DNA of 64,000 nucleotides from Eledone cirrhosa (Eukaryota), in the NCBI GenBank assembly GCA_964016885.1, contig OZ024759.1:7006001-7070000 (forward strand), read 5' to 3'. Position 1 is the first letter of the stretch. Every line of letters begins with the position of its first letter. This document shows, piece after piece, positions 13,900 through 30,732 of this stretch. A program made the position numbers and the translations under genes. The notes below the pieces were generated by a model that made no database searches, had not been told where the DNA came from, and saw nothing but the letters and a program-made list of their open reading frames with translations.

Positions 13900-16260
13900 G
13901 GCTGCAAACTCTGCCAAGAGTATTGCAATTGCTTGTCAGATTCAGATGTGTGACGCTCGGATATGGCTTTTCAAGCCTGCTACAGACTTGCACTCCTTCA
14001 CACACTGACGACAACTATGGATCTCCTTGGCTTGAAGTCCTGCATCAGGTTGCCTGTGAACCTTCACAACACCGTGGAGATCATAGTTCACTGGTTCTCT
14101 TTGAACATGGCTGTGACTGTGGCTCCCGAGACCAGATTTGCTCAAGCAAATTTTTCCACACTCAGGCCACTCAATGGAGACACCGATAGTTTCGAGAGAT
14201 ACACCAGGGCATTGCTTACGCACATCCCGTTTGATCTTCTCGTGCTCTAAGCGTCTGTCCTCAAAATTATGGACCCCATCATTCACCATTCCACGCCAAA
14301 TTTCTCTTCCAAGAGTTTCTATCTCCCAGTCAGCCATCATCAAACCAGTTTTTTTCGATGAGTCCTTTACACAATCCTTGATTCGGAGCCTTGGCTTGAG
14401 ATGTGGTCTCTTACCCTCACAAAGCTCGCCATACAAGAGTTGTTTTGGGATTCGATCATCTTCCATTCTGCAGAGGTGTCCGGTCCATCGCAAACGCCGT
14501 TGGTGGATGATACTCTCAATGCTCCGACACTCACTTCTCTCAAGGACCTCAACATCACTCACATGCATCTGCCACTTGTTACCGAGTATCTTTCTGAGAC
14601 ACTGTTGGTGAAACCGCTCCAGTCTGTGGATATGCCGTTTGTAGGCAACCCATGTCTCAAATGCATACAGCAAAGCTGACAGTACATATGCAGCATACAC
14701 TCTCACCTTGGTCCACATTGTGATTCCTCGCCTGCACTAAAGACGGTGGTTGACCCTCCAAATGACTCACTTGCTTTACTAACACGTAGACCAACTTCTG
14801 GATCCAGAGAGCAGGCCACACTCAGAGTACTCCCCAAATACACAAATGTGTCAGCAGCCTTCAGCTTTTGACCGTATACGTCTATGGAGGGTTCATTGAA
14901 AGCTTTATCCGGAGCAGGTTGGTACATGACGACAGTCTTCTTCAGACTGATTGTCAGTCCCAAAGCACTGCACACATTGGAAAAAGAATCCTTAAGGTGT
15001 TGCATGTCACTCTGGGAGTGTGCAAAGAGATCACAATCATCTGCATATAAAAATTCTCTGATCAAGGTACTCAGTACCTTAGTGTTGGCAGTGAGACGCC
15101 TAAGGTTTAACAGCTTGCCGGAAGTGCTATATCTGGGATAGATACCATGTTGACAATCCTTGAAGGCCATGAAGAACACCATTGCGAAATACAAGGCAAA
15201 CAAAGTTGGTGCAGGTATATCACTCTGCTTGACACCATTTTCAACCGAGATTGGCTCAGACAGTTTACCTCCAACATTCACCCATGCCTCCATGTCACCA
15301 TGGAAAAGTTTCAGAATGTTGACAAACTTTTCAGGACAGCCCAATCTCTCCAAAATACCCCACAAAGCCTTCCGATTAATGGTGTCAAATGCCTTGGTCA
15401 GATCGACAAAAACTTGGTATAAGTCCATGCACTGCTCAATTCATTTCTCTTGAAGTTGTTTGGACGAGAAGATCATGTCAACAGTGCCTCTGCCATTCCT
15501 AAAGCCACAGTGGGGCTCAGTAAGTACCTTAACAGCGATGTGCTGTATCAATCTGTCCAATAAAATACTGCACAAGATCTTCCCAGCCACAAATAGCAGT
15601 GAAATACCTCTGTAGTTGCCACAGTCATCTTTGGCTCCCTTTCCTTTGTAAAGTACCACCATCAATGCATCTGTCCAGTCCTGTGGCACATCTTCAATCC
15701 AAACATTCACAAAGAGATCAGTGACGTGGTTAAAGAAGTTATCACCAGCACAGTTGAAAATCTCGGCACTCAGTCTATCCATTCCAGGTGACTTGCCGCT
15801 GTTTAATTTGGCAATGGCCTTCGCCACCTCATCAAATGAAGGAGGATCAGCCATTGCCAACTTTTTAGGGCTGGATGGAATCGACCGCATGAACTCATCA
15901 TCAATTTCTGATGGTCTGTTGAGGAGCTCATCAAAGTGGTCATGCCACCTGATCAGGATTTCCTTCGGATCTTTGAGCAATTTCTTGCCTGTGCTTTGAA
16001 GGTTTTTTAAGTGGGGAAAGGCCTTGCACGCGACCAATGCCACTCGCTGAGCATCGAAAACACTACCCGAAAAGGAGAACTGGTCAACATCATCGGATGC
16101 TTCCGAAGCCGCACGTTTTTTTTTTTCGGAGTTTGCCTTTCCTAGAAAGGCGTTGTGACAACAACTAGGGGCCCTTCACTCCCAGGTAAAAAAGAAAAGT
16201 ACTATTTGGATGGCCGTTGACTCCGCCCTTTGTCGGGTCTTGTATTTCATCCCGCAGGTT
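13900..16260 (-). mobile_element. RTE-clade LINE with internal deletion (5' UTR joined to RT; C-terminal C2H2 fingers)
   Basis: [47 protein letters not shown]; frameshifts; endonuclease missing between about 16000 and the UTR. Confidence 0.92.
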
Positions 16261-16499
16261 GTCCAAATATCACCCTCCTCACTATGTAAGTTTGGTGGGG
16301 TTGCCGGTTTAGTCACCGACGATCCGACCATGAGACAGGTAGTACTGGGTTACATGTTACCAGAGCAACCTTACATATACATATACATACATACGTACAC
16401 ACACATATACATATATATACACAGACACAGACACACACATGCATACAGAATACAGGAAACACCTGGAGAAATGTAAAAACATCAACAAAAACATAATAG

Positions 16500-16990
16500 T
16501 TAGGAGAGAAGCTAAGGAAAGAAACCTCGGCATCTTAGAATTAAAGAAGCACTAATTATAGACAAAACGCAACCACCAATCAATAATAGATTAGAACTAA
16601 ACACCCAATGTTTAACATGATAGAGCATCTAGCCCCCATATGTACATCTCCACGTATCCCCACACACACACACACGCGCGCATGCTTACACCTTTACGTA
16701 TTTTCTCTCACACACACTTAGACATACATGTCCAAACCCTTTAAAGGGAGACAACTCTTTATCCACTTGACCTGCACATACCGCCACTCTTTGACATTAG
16801 AAGTAGAATGGAATTTTATACTACTTCCGGTCAGCTTGACTTGGCAACCCACTTCGAACACTGGATTAACCCCTTTACTTTCCTCAGACGAAGAGATATT
16901 ATCTCGAAATATCAGGATATACTAATAAATTAAGGTAAAAGACTAATTGTCAGCGTTATCTTTTGCATTTATATTCTATCTCCAAACCTG
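16500..16990 (+). mobile_element. Penelope-like 3' remnant with pLTR
   Basis: LRIKEALIIDKTQPPINNR followed by a near-hammerhead UCCU CAGACGA AGAGAU..AUCUC GAAA UAUC AGGA at 16881-16917 and AATAAA. Confidence 0.55.
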
Positions 16991-17017
16991 CGTAGTTCTG
17001 GCCTTCTAACTCCAAAC

Positions 17018-17080
<63 letters not shown>

Positions 17081-17089
<9 letters not shown>

Positions 17090-17752
17090 AGTATTTTTGG
17101 CAATATACCGTATGTTTAATTAAAAACATTTAGAAGACCATACGCTATCGGTTTTAAAGTAAAGACTATGCCAATTACTTCTTTTCGGCGAAAGAACGGG
17201 GAGAAGCTTACAGTCTGTTTCACGCTGTTTTGGCAATCATCAGAGCCACGCACCCCCTGCTTCCGCCGAAAATTATAAAAGCTGGATTCTTATAGAATTC
17301 CAGTAATAATCAGGGGCTGATTATACAGAGCGATTGCCGGTCCAGCAAAAATTAGGTATTAGAATTGGTGCTCTGAAATAGCGATGTATACATGAATGTA
17401 TGTATAGTATATTTGGCACTATACTGTATGTTTAATTAAAAACATTTAGAAGACCATACGCTATCGGTTTTAAAGTAGTGACTTACTTCTTTTCGTCGAA
17501 AGAAGAGAGAGAAGCTAACAGTCTGTTTCATGTTGTTTGGCGATCATCAGAGCCACGCACCCCCTACTTGGCTCTGATGAAACAGACTGTTAGCTTCTCT
17601 CTCTTCTTTCGCCGAAAAGAGTAAGTGACGTAGTCACTACTTTAAAACCGATAGCGTAAGGTCATCTGAATGTTTTTAATTAAACATACAGTATAGTGTC
17701 AAATATACTATACATACATTCATGTATACATTGCTATTTCAGAGCACCAATC
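17081..17752. mobile_element. PLE-type pLTR cluster: two tandem copies plus one inverted copy
   Basis: Direct repeats at about 17081 and 17396, inverted copy at 17570-17752; hammerhead motifs inside; same family at about 29050-29455 and 42700-42900. Confidence 0.7.
17205..17247 (-). ncRNA. Hammerhead, family B, canonical core (second copy at 17513-17554, -)
   Basis: GGCU CUGAUGA U-UGC..GCG-U GAAAC AGACU GUA AGCU inside an outer TTTTCGGCG/CGCCGAAAA stem. Confidence 0.65.
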
Positions 17753-17879
17753 CTAGTAATCCTAGTAATCAGACTAAAACACCTAAATCAGTTAATCTAA
17801 CTCAACCTATATATAATAAATTCACTAATAGTAACTCTCTTAGTAAACATCCTGATACATCGTATAAATATAAAAAACA

Positions 17880-18065
17880 ATATCGAAACCGTAATAGACG
17901 AGGTACTTGGTATAATGCTCCATTTACTCTACAAATTAAAGATAATATCCCTAAAAAAATGTTTACTATCCTAGAGAAAAACTTCCCACCAAACCATAAA
18001 TACCATCAAATTTTAAATAGATCAACTGTAAAATTTTCCTACTCCACTACCAAAAATATACAACA
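17880..18065 (+). mobile_element. Penelope-like element internal fragment
   Basis: TWYNAPFTLQIKDNIPKKMFTILEKNFPPNHKYHQILNRSTVKFSYSTTKNI matches the PLE W.NPP..F...HK...I.NR.T.K.SYS linker pattern. Confidence 0.7.
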
Positions 18066-18767
18066 GAAATTCCTTGTAATTTATATAAGATTGGTATTTC
18101 TCACATCTACCCATGTCCCAAAATTTTACTTTCATTCGTTTTTAACTACCCTCTTTAATAACATCTAATTCTTATTTATCACATTCATACGAATTAATAT
18201 AAATTTATCCCTGTAAGTATACCTATCAATTAATTTAATTTCTTGTTAATAGATCTAGATTCCTTGTGGTTTAAATAAGATTGGTATTTCTCACTAATAC
18301 CTTTACCCTAAAATTTTATTTTCCTTCGTTTTTTATCATTATTCTTTAATAACATCAAATTTTCATGTACACTTCACTGGCTTGACCTCTTTTCATCCCC
18401 AAAGTATTCTTTTCATTCAAAACTGAAGTCTGCACTCCTCTAACTATAAATTATATTTCCACTACCACTATTCTATCAACTTGACCTCTAACTACTTTTC
18501 TATTGGTCAATTCAAAACCTGTTCCCAAACAGACCTTTTATTTTAAATCTTTGTTGTATTTTTACAATAAACAAATCTCATCATTTCTTAAGACAGCATG
18601 TATATGTGAAGGTATGTATATTTCCTCTGATAATTTGTAATATTTTTACATGGATCGATATGATATACATACCAATACACATATATATCCTAGAAACGAT
18701 CGTAAAATGATGAATTTTTTAATATAAGGAACTTGTTCTTTGTTTTTATTTCATTGTTTTAATTAAT

Positions 18768-21081
<2,314 letters not shown>

Positions 21082-21316
21082 TAAACAATTAAGTTAAAGA
21101 TGTACATCCATATCATATATGTATACTGAAATACTAGTATGTATATGAATACACACACGTATACATATGTAGATGTACCAAGTTTTTTTTTCACTGGTCA
21201 CTTTACTGTGAGTGGCCAGCTATTCTGTATGTAAACACACAGACAAACCGGTTTTTAGAGTCATACTGGTTTTTGAGGAAACACCTTTCCTCTATTCTCC
21301 AGAAAGCCAGACAAGG

Positions 21317-21361
21317 AATATTGAACTAGTTTCGTTGTTGTTACAACTCATCAGCAATATT
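21317..21361 (-). ncRNA. Type I hammerhead ribozyme, left-arm array copy (also 21787-21831 and 22257-22301)
   Basis: Exact reverse complement of the right-arm motif; the third copy has only a stem II loop change. Confidence 0.9.
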
Positions 21362-22707
21362 TACCTATCTTCCGGCCTCTCTAGAGAATCGTAAAAGCAC
21401 ATATCGTTATATGCTTTTTCTATGAAAATTAGTAGTGGGCAGACTAATTTGCATAGAGTGTGAGTAAGTACCGGTTCAACGGAGACGATAAAAACAAATA
21501 ACGAAACGAAATTAAATTTCGTTTCGTTTGTAACTCACTTTTGTATGACTGACGCTTAAACAATTAAGTTAAAGATGTACATCCATATATGTATACTGAA
21601 ATACTAGTATGTATATGAATACACACACGTATACATATGTAGATGTACCAAGTTTTTTTTTCACTGGTCACTTTACTGTGAGTGGCCAGCTATTCTGTAT
21701 GTAAACACACAGACAAACCGGTTTTTAGAGTCATACTGGTTTTTGAGGAAACACCTTTCCTCTATTCTCCAGAAAGCCAGACAAGGAATATTGAACTAGT
21801 TTCGTTGTTGTTACAACTCATCAGCAATATTTACCTATCTTCCGGCCTCTCTAGAGAATCGTAAAAGTACATATCGTTATATGCTTTTTCTATGAAAATT
21901 AGTAGTGGGCAGACTAATTTGCATAGAGTGTGAGTAAGTACCGGTTCAACGGAGACGATAAAAACAAATAACGAAACGAAATTAAATTTCGTTTTGTTTG
22001 TAACTCACTTTTGTATGACTGACGCTTAAACAATTAAGTTAAAGATGTACATCCATATATGTATACTGAAATACTAGTATGTATATGAATACACACACGT
22101 ATACATATGTAGATGTACCAAGTTTTTTTTTCACTGGTCACTTTACTGTGAGTGGCCAGCTATTCTGTATGTAAACACACAGACAAACCGGTTTTTAGAG
22201 TCATACTGGTTTTTGAGGAAACACCTTTCCTCTATTCTCCAGAAAGCCAGACAAGGAATATTGAACTAGTTTCGTTGTGGTTACAACTCATCAGCAATAT
22301 TTACCTATCTTCCGGCCTCTCTAGAGAATCGTAAAAGCACATATCGTTATATGCTTTTTCTATGAAAATTAGTAGTGGGCAGACTAATTTGCATAGAGTG
22401 TGAGTAAGTACCGGTTCAACGGAGACGATAAAAACAAATAACGAAACTAAATTAAATTTCGTTTCGTTTGTAACTCACTTTTGTATGACTGACGCTTAAA
22501 CAATTAAGTTAAAGATGTACATCCATATATGTATACTGAAATACTAGTATGTATATGAATACACACACGTATACATATGTAGATGTACCAAGTTTTTTTT
22601 TCACTGGTCACTTTACTGTAATTAGTCTGCCCACTACTAATTTTCATAGAAAAAGCATATAACGATATGTGCTTTTACGATTCTCTAGAGAGGCCGGAAG
22701 ATAGGTA

Positions 22708-22752
22708 AATATTGCTGATGAGTTGTAACAACAACGAAACTAGTTCAATATT
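22708..22752 (+). ncRNA. Type I hammerhead ribozyme, representative array copy (other + copies start at 23178, 23648, 24091, 24560, 25030, 25499, 25969, 26439, 26909, 27379, 27849)
   Basis: Stem I AAUAUUG/CAAUAUU, core CUGAUGA and GAAA, stem II GUUGU/ACAAC, palindromic CUAG stem III; predicted cut after GUU at 22745. Confidence 0.9.
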
Positions 22753-25700
22753 CCTTGTCTGGCTTTCTGGAGAATAGAGGAAAGGTGTTTCCTCAAAAAC
22801 CAGTATGACTCTAAAAACCGGTTTGTCTGTGTGTTTACATACAGAATAGCTGGCCACTCACAGTAAAGTGACCAGTGAAAAAAAAACTTGGTACATCTAC
22901 ATATGTATACGTGTGTGTATTCATATACATACTAGTATTTCAGTATACATATATGGATGTACATCTTTAACTTAATTGTTTAAGCGTCAGTCATACAAAA
23001 GTGAGTTACAAACGAAACGAAATTTAATTTCGTTTCGTTATTTGTTTTTATCGTCTCCGTTGAACCGGTACTTACTCACACTCTATGCAAATTAGTCTGC
23101 CCACTACTAATTTTCATAGAAAAAGCAAATAACGATATGTGCTTTTACGATTCTCTAGAGAGGCCGGAAGATAGGTAAATATTGCTGATGAGTTGTAACA
23201 ACAACGGAACTAGTTCAATATTCCTTGTCTGGCTTTCTGGAGAATAGAGGAAAGGTGTTTCCTCAAAAACCAGTATGACTCTAAAAACCGGTTTGTCTGT
23301 GTGTTTACATACAGAATAGCTGGCCACTCACAGTAAAGTGACCAGTGAAAAAAAAACTTGGTACATCTACATATGTATACGTGTGTGTATTCATATACAT
23401 ACTAGTATTTCAGTATACATATATGGATGTACATCTTTAACTTAATTGTTTAAGCGTCAGTCATACAAAAGTGAGTTACAAACGAAACGAAATTTAATTT
23501 CGTTTCGTTATTTGTTTTTATCGTCTCCGTTGAACCGGTACTTACTCACACTCTATGCAAATTAGTCTGCCCACTACTAATTTTCATAGAAAAAGCATAT
23601 AACGATATGTGCTTTTACGATTCTCTAGAGAGGCCGGAAGATAGGTAAATATTGCTGATGAGTTGTAACAACAACGAAACTAGTTCAATATTCCTTGTCT
23701 GGCTTTCTGGAGAATAGAGGAAAGGTGTTTCCTCAAAAACCAGTATGACTCTAAAAACCGGTTTGTCTGTGTGTTTACATACAGAATAGCTGGCCACTCA
23801 CAGTAAAGTGACCAGTGAAAAAAAAACTTGGTACATCTACATATGTATACGTGTGTGTATTCATATACATACTAGTATTTCAGTATACATATATGGATGT
23901 ACATCTTTAACTTAATTGTTTAAGCGTCAGTCATACAAAAGTGAGTTACAAACGAAACGAAATTTAATTTCGTTTCGTTATTTGTTTTTATCGTCTCCGT
24001 TGAACCGGTACTTACTCACACTCTATGCAAATTAAAAGCATATAACGATATGTGCTTTTACGATTCTCTAGAGAGGCCGGAAGATAGGTAAATATTGCTG
24101 ATGAGTTGTAACAACAACGAAACTAGTTCAATATTCCTTGTCTGGCTTTCTGGAGAATAGAGGAAAGGTGTTTCCTCAAAAACCAGTATGACTCTAAAAA
24201 CCGGTTTGTCTGTGTGTTTACATACAGAATAGCTGGCCACTCACAGTAAAGTGACCAGTGAAAAAAAACTTGGTACATCTACATATGTATACGTGTGTGT
24301 ATTCATATACATACTAGTATTTCAGTATACATATATGGATGTACATCTTTAACTTAATTGTTTAAGCGTCAGTCATACAAAAGTGAGTTACAAACGAAAC
24401 GAAATTTAATTTCGTTTCGTTATTTGTTTTTATCGTCTCCGTTGAACCGGTACTTACTCACACTCTATGCAAATTAGTCTGCCCACTACTAATTTTCATA
24501 GAAAAAGCATATAACGATATGTGCTTTTACGATTCTCTAGAGAGGCCGGAAGATAGGTAAATATTGCTGATGAGTTGTAACAACAACGAAACTAGTTCAA
24601 TATTCCTTGTCTGGCTTTCTGGAGAATAGAGGAAAGGTGTTTCCTCAAAAACCAGTATGACTCTAAAAACCGGTTTGTCTGTGTGTTTACATACAGAATA
24701 GCTGGCCACTCACAGTAAAGTGACCAGTGAAAAAAAAACTTGGTACATCTACATATGTATACGTGTGTGTATTCATATACATACTAGTATTTCAGTATAC
24801 ATATATGGATGTACATCTTTAACTTAATTGTTTAAGCGTCAGTCATACAAAAGTGAGTTACAAACGAAACGAAATTTAATTTCGTTTCGTTATTTGTTTT
24901 TATCGTCTCCGTTGAACCGGTACTTACTCACACTCTATGCAAATTAGTCTGCCCACTACTAATTTTCATAGAAAAAGCATATAACGATATGTGCTTTTAC
25001 GATTCTCTAGAGAGGCCGGAAGATAGGTAAATATTGCTGATGAGTTGTAACAACAACGAAACTAGTTCAATATTCCTTGTCTGGCTTTCTGGAGAATAGA
25101 GGAAAGGTGTTTCCTCAAAAACCAGTATGACTCTAAAAACCGGTTTGTCTGTGTGTTTACATACAGAATAGCTGGCCACTCACAGTAAAGTGACCAGTGA
25201 AAAAAAACTTGGTACATCTACATATGTATACGTGTGTGTATTCATATACATACTAGTATTTCAGTATACATATATGGATGTACATCTTTAACTTAATTGT
25301 TTAAGCGTCAGTCATACAAAAGTGAGTTACAAACGAAACGAAATTTAATTTCGTTTCGTTATTTGTTTTTATCGTCTCCGTTGAACCGGTACTTACTCAC
25401 ACTCTATGCAAATTAGTCTGCCCACTACTAATTTTCATAGAAAAAGCATATAACGATATGTGCTTTTACGATTCTCTAGAGAGGCCGGAAGATAGGTAAA
25501 TATTGCTGATGAGTTGTAACAACAACGAAACTAGTTCAATATTCCTTGTCTGGCTTTCTGGAGAATAGAGGAAAGGTGTTTCCTCAAAAACCAGTATGAC
25601 TCTAAAAACCGGTTTGTCTGTGTGTTTACATACAGAATAGCTGGCCACTCACAGTAAAGTGACCAGTGAAAAAAAAACTTGGTACATCTACATATGTATA

Positions 25701-28184
25701 CGTGTGTGTATTCATATACATACTAGTATTTCAGTATACATATATGGATGTACATCTTTAACTTAATTGTTTAAGCGTCAGTCATACAAAAGTGAGTTAC
25801 AAACGAAACGAAATTTAATTTCGTTTCGTTATTTGTTTTTATCGTCTCCGTTGAACCGGTACTTACTCACACTCTATGCAAATTAGTCTGCCCACTACTA
25901 ATTTTCATAGAAAAAGCATATAACGATATGTGCTTTTACGATTCTCTAGAGAGGCCGGAAGATAGGTAAATATTGCTGATGAGTTGTAACAACAACGAAA
26001 CTAGTTCAATATTCCTTGTCTGGCTTTCTGGAGAATAGAGGAAAGGTGTTTCCTCAAAAACCAGTATGACTCTAAAAACCGGTTTGTCTGTGTGTTTACA
26101 TACAGAATAGCTGGCCACTCACAGTAAAGTGACCAGTGAAAAAAAAACTTGGTACATCTACATATGTATACGTGTGTGTATTCATATACATACTAGTATT
26201 TCAGTATACATATATGGATGTACATCTTTAACTTAATTGTTTAAGCGTCAGTCATACAAAAGTGAGTTACAAACGAAACGAAATTTAATTTCGTTTCGTT
26301 ATTTGTTTTTATCGTCTCCGTTGAACCGGTACTTACTCACACTCTATGCAAATTAGTCTGCCCACTACTAATTTTCATAGAAAAAGCATATAACGATATG
26401 TGCTTTTACGATTCTCTAGAGAGGCCGGAAGATAGGTAAATATTGCTGATGAGTTGTAACAACAACGAAACTAGTTCAATATTCCTTGTCTGGCTTTCTG
26501 GAGAATAGAGGAAAGGTGTTTCCTCAAAAACCAGTATGACTCTAAAAACCGGTTTGTCTGTGTGTTTACATACAGAATAGCTGGCCACTCACAGTAAAGT
26601 GACCAGTGAAAAAAAAACTTGGTACATCTACATATGTATACGTGTGTGTATTCATATACATACTAGTATTTCAGTATACATATATGGATGTACATCTTTA
26701 ACTTAATTGTTTAAGCGTCAGTCATACAAAAGTGAGTTACAAACGAAACGAAATTTAATTTCGTTTCGTTATTTGTTTTTATCGTCTCCGTTGAACCGGT
26801 ACTTACTCACACTCTATGCAAATTAGTCTGCCCACTACTAATTTTCATAGAAAAAGCATATAACGATATGTGCTTTTACGATTCTCTAGAGAGGCCGGAA
26901 GATAGGTAAATATTGCTGATGAGTTGTAACAACAACGAAACTAGTTCAATATTCCTTGTCTGGCTTTCTGGAGAATAGAGGAAAGGTGTTTCCTCAAAAA
27001 CCAGTATGACTCTAAAAACCGGTTTGTCTGTGTGTTTACATACAGAATAGCTGGCCACTCACAGTAAAGTGACCAGTGAAAAAAAAACTTGGTACATCTA
27101 CATATGTATACGTGTGTGTATTCATATACATACTAGTATTTCAGTATACATATATGGATGTACATCTTTAACTTAATTGTTTAAGCGTCAGTCATACAAA
27201 AGTGAGTTACAAACGAAACGAAATTTAATTTCGTTTCGTTATTTGTTTTTATCGTCTCCGTTGAACCGGTACTTACTCACACTCTATGCAAATTAGTCTG
27301 CCCACTACTAATTTTCATAGAAAAAGCATATAACGATATGTGCTTTTACGATTCTCTAGAGAGGCCGGAAGATAGGTAAATATTGCTGATGAGTTGTAAC
27401 AACAACGAAACTAGTTCAATATTCCTTGTCTGGCTTTCTGGAGAATAGAGGAAAGGTGTTTCCTCAAAAACCAGTATGACTCTAAAAACCGGTTTGTCTG
27501 TGTGTTTACATACAGAATAGCTGGCCACTCACAGTAAAGTGACCAGTGAAAAAAAAACTTGGTACATCTACATATGTATACGTGTGTGTATTCATATACA
27601 TACTAGTATTTCAGTATACATATATGGATGTACATCTTTAACTTAATTGTTTAAGCGTCAGTCATACAAAAGTGAGTTACAAACGAAACGAAATTTAATT
27701 TCGTTTCGTTATTTGTTTTTATCGTCTCCGTTGAACCGGTACTTACTCACACTCTATGCAAATTAGTCTGCCCACTACTAATTTTCATAGAAAAAGCATA
27801 TAACGATATGTGCTTTTACGATTCTCTAGAGAGGCCGGAAGATAGGTAAATATTGCTGATGAGTTGTAACAACAACGAAACTAGTTCAATATTCCTTGTC
27901 TGGCTTTCTGGAGAATAGAGGAAAGGTGTTTCCTCAAAAACCAGTATGACTCTAAAAACCGGTTTGTCTGTGTGTTTACATACAGAATAGCTGGCCACTC
28001 ACAGTAAAGTGACCAGTGAAAAAAAACTTGGTACATCTACATATGTATACGTGTGTGTATTCATATACATACTAGTATTTCAGTATACATATATGGATGT
28101 ACATCTTTAACTTAATTGTTTAAGCGTCAGTCATACAAAAGTGAGTTACAAACGAAACGAAATTTAATTTCGTTTCGTTATTTG

Positions 28185-28566
<382 letters not shown>

Positions 28567-28586
28567 TGTATATGTATATATATATG

Positions 28587-28717
<131 letters not shown>

Positions 28718-28742
28718 GTGTATATATATATATATGTATATA

Positions 28743-28779
<37 letters not shown>

Positions 28780-28854
28780 ATATATATATATATGTATATA
28801 TATATGTATATATATATATATGTGTATATATATATGTATATATATATATATGTG

Positions 28855-29062
<208 letters not shown>

Positions 29063-29193
29063 TATGGATGTATATATAATGTATTTTGCAATACACTTTA
29101 TGCTTAATTAAAAGCATTTTGAAGACCGTAAGCTATTGTTTTTTAGAGTAGTGACAAATTCACTTACTTTGATCTCAGCAAACAGGGGAGATA

Positions 29194-29238
29194 AGCCGAC
29201 AAGGCCTTGTTTTGCTTTTGTTGAAGCTTATCAAGGCT
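29194..29238 (-). ncRNA. Hammerhead-like fold, family B, U3-A8 plus A12 core
   Basis: AGCC UUGAUAA GCUU-CAACAA-AAGC AAAA C AAGGCCUU GUC GGCU. Confidence 0.6.
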
Positions 29239-29453
29239 AACTACTCCCACCTGTCTACCGAGATCACTAATGTTATATTCTTATGGAATTCTAGTAAATA
29301 ATCAGGAGCTGATTATGCTGATTAGCTAGAATTTGTCACTACTCTAAAAAACAATAGCTTACGGTCTTCAAAATGCTTTTAATTAAGCATAAAGTGTATT
29401 GCAAAATACATTATATATACATCCATATATATATTGCTATTTCAGAGCTCCAA

Positions 29454-29497
<44 letters not shown>

Positions 29498-29540
29498 TAA
29501 CAGATTAAAGTTTAAGCAAAGAATCGCTGCTTTCACCCTG

Positions 29541-29672
<132 letters not shown>

Positions 29673-29680
29673 CATATATG

Positions 29681-29793
<113 letters not shown>

Positions 29794-29798
29794 GTATA

Positions 29799-29853
<55 letters not shown>

Positions 29854-29864
29854 GTATATATATG

Positions 29865-29929
<65 letters not shown>

Positions 29930-30098
29930 CGAAGGAAATGTGGTAAGGAACCAGGTGGTCCATAACGCACCAAAGTACTCAATACTTGAGGTAGTAGAGT
30001 GGGTAATAGGAACCAGTAAGACCCCGACAGCTGAGCTCAAGCCGTTTCGAATTAGCCGTCGAAACGGCTTGAGCTCAGCTGTCGGGGTCTTACTGGTT

Positions 30099-30139
<41 letters not shown>

Positions 30140-30193
30140 TATATATGTATATATATATATGTATGTATATATATATATGTATATATATATATG

Positions 30194-30374
<181 letters not shown>

Positions 30375-30375
30375 G

Positions 30376-30458
<83 letters not shown>

Positions 30459-30473
30459 GTATATATATATATG

Positions 30474-30544
<71 letters not shown>

Positions 30545-30693
30545 GTATATATATGTATATATATATATATATGTATTAATAAGAGGAATTCCAACTTTGT
30601 CTGATTTATTCGTTTTATTTACAATCCTTTAAAATATATATAATGGTATTATAATGAAATAGTATGATAGAATATTAGATTCTAAGTGTTAAT

Positions 30694-30732
30694 TGAACAA
30701 GTACTTTCATGCTTTCGCAATCTTCAGGTTCA
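30694..30732 (-). ncRNA. Minimal hammerhead in Penelope pLTR
   Basis: UGAAC CUGAAGA U-UGC-GAAA-GCA-U GAAA GUAC UU GUUCA; perfect 5-bp stem I, palindromic stem III. Confidence 0.85.

Noticed and set aside
21212-27998. Repeated 60-aa ORF MASYSVCKHTDK..
   Set aside because: GTG start, no recognisable domain, antisense to the hammerhead; its repetition only reflects the array
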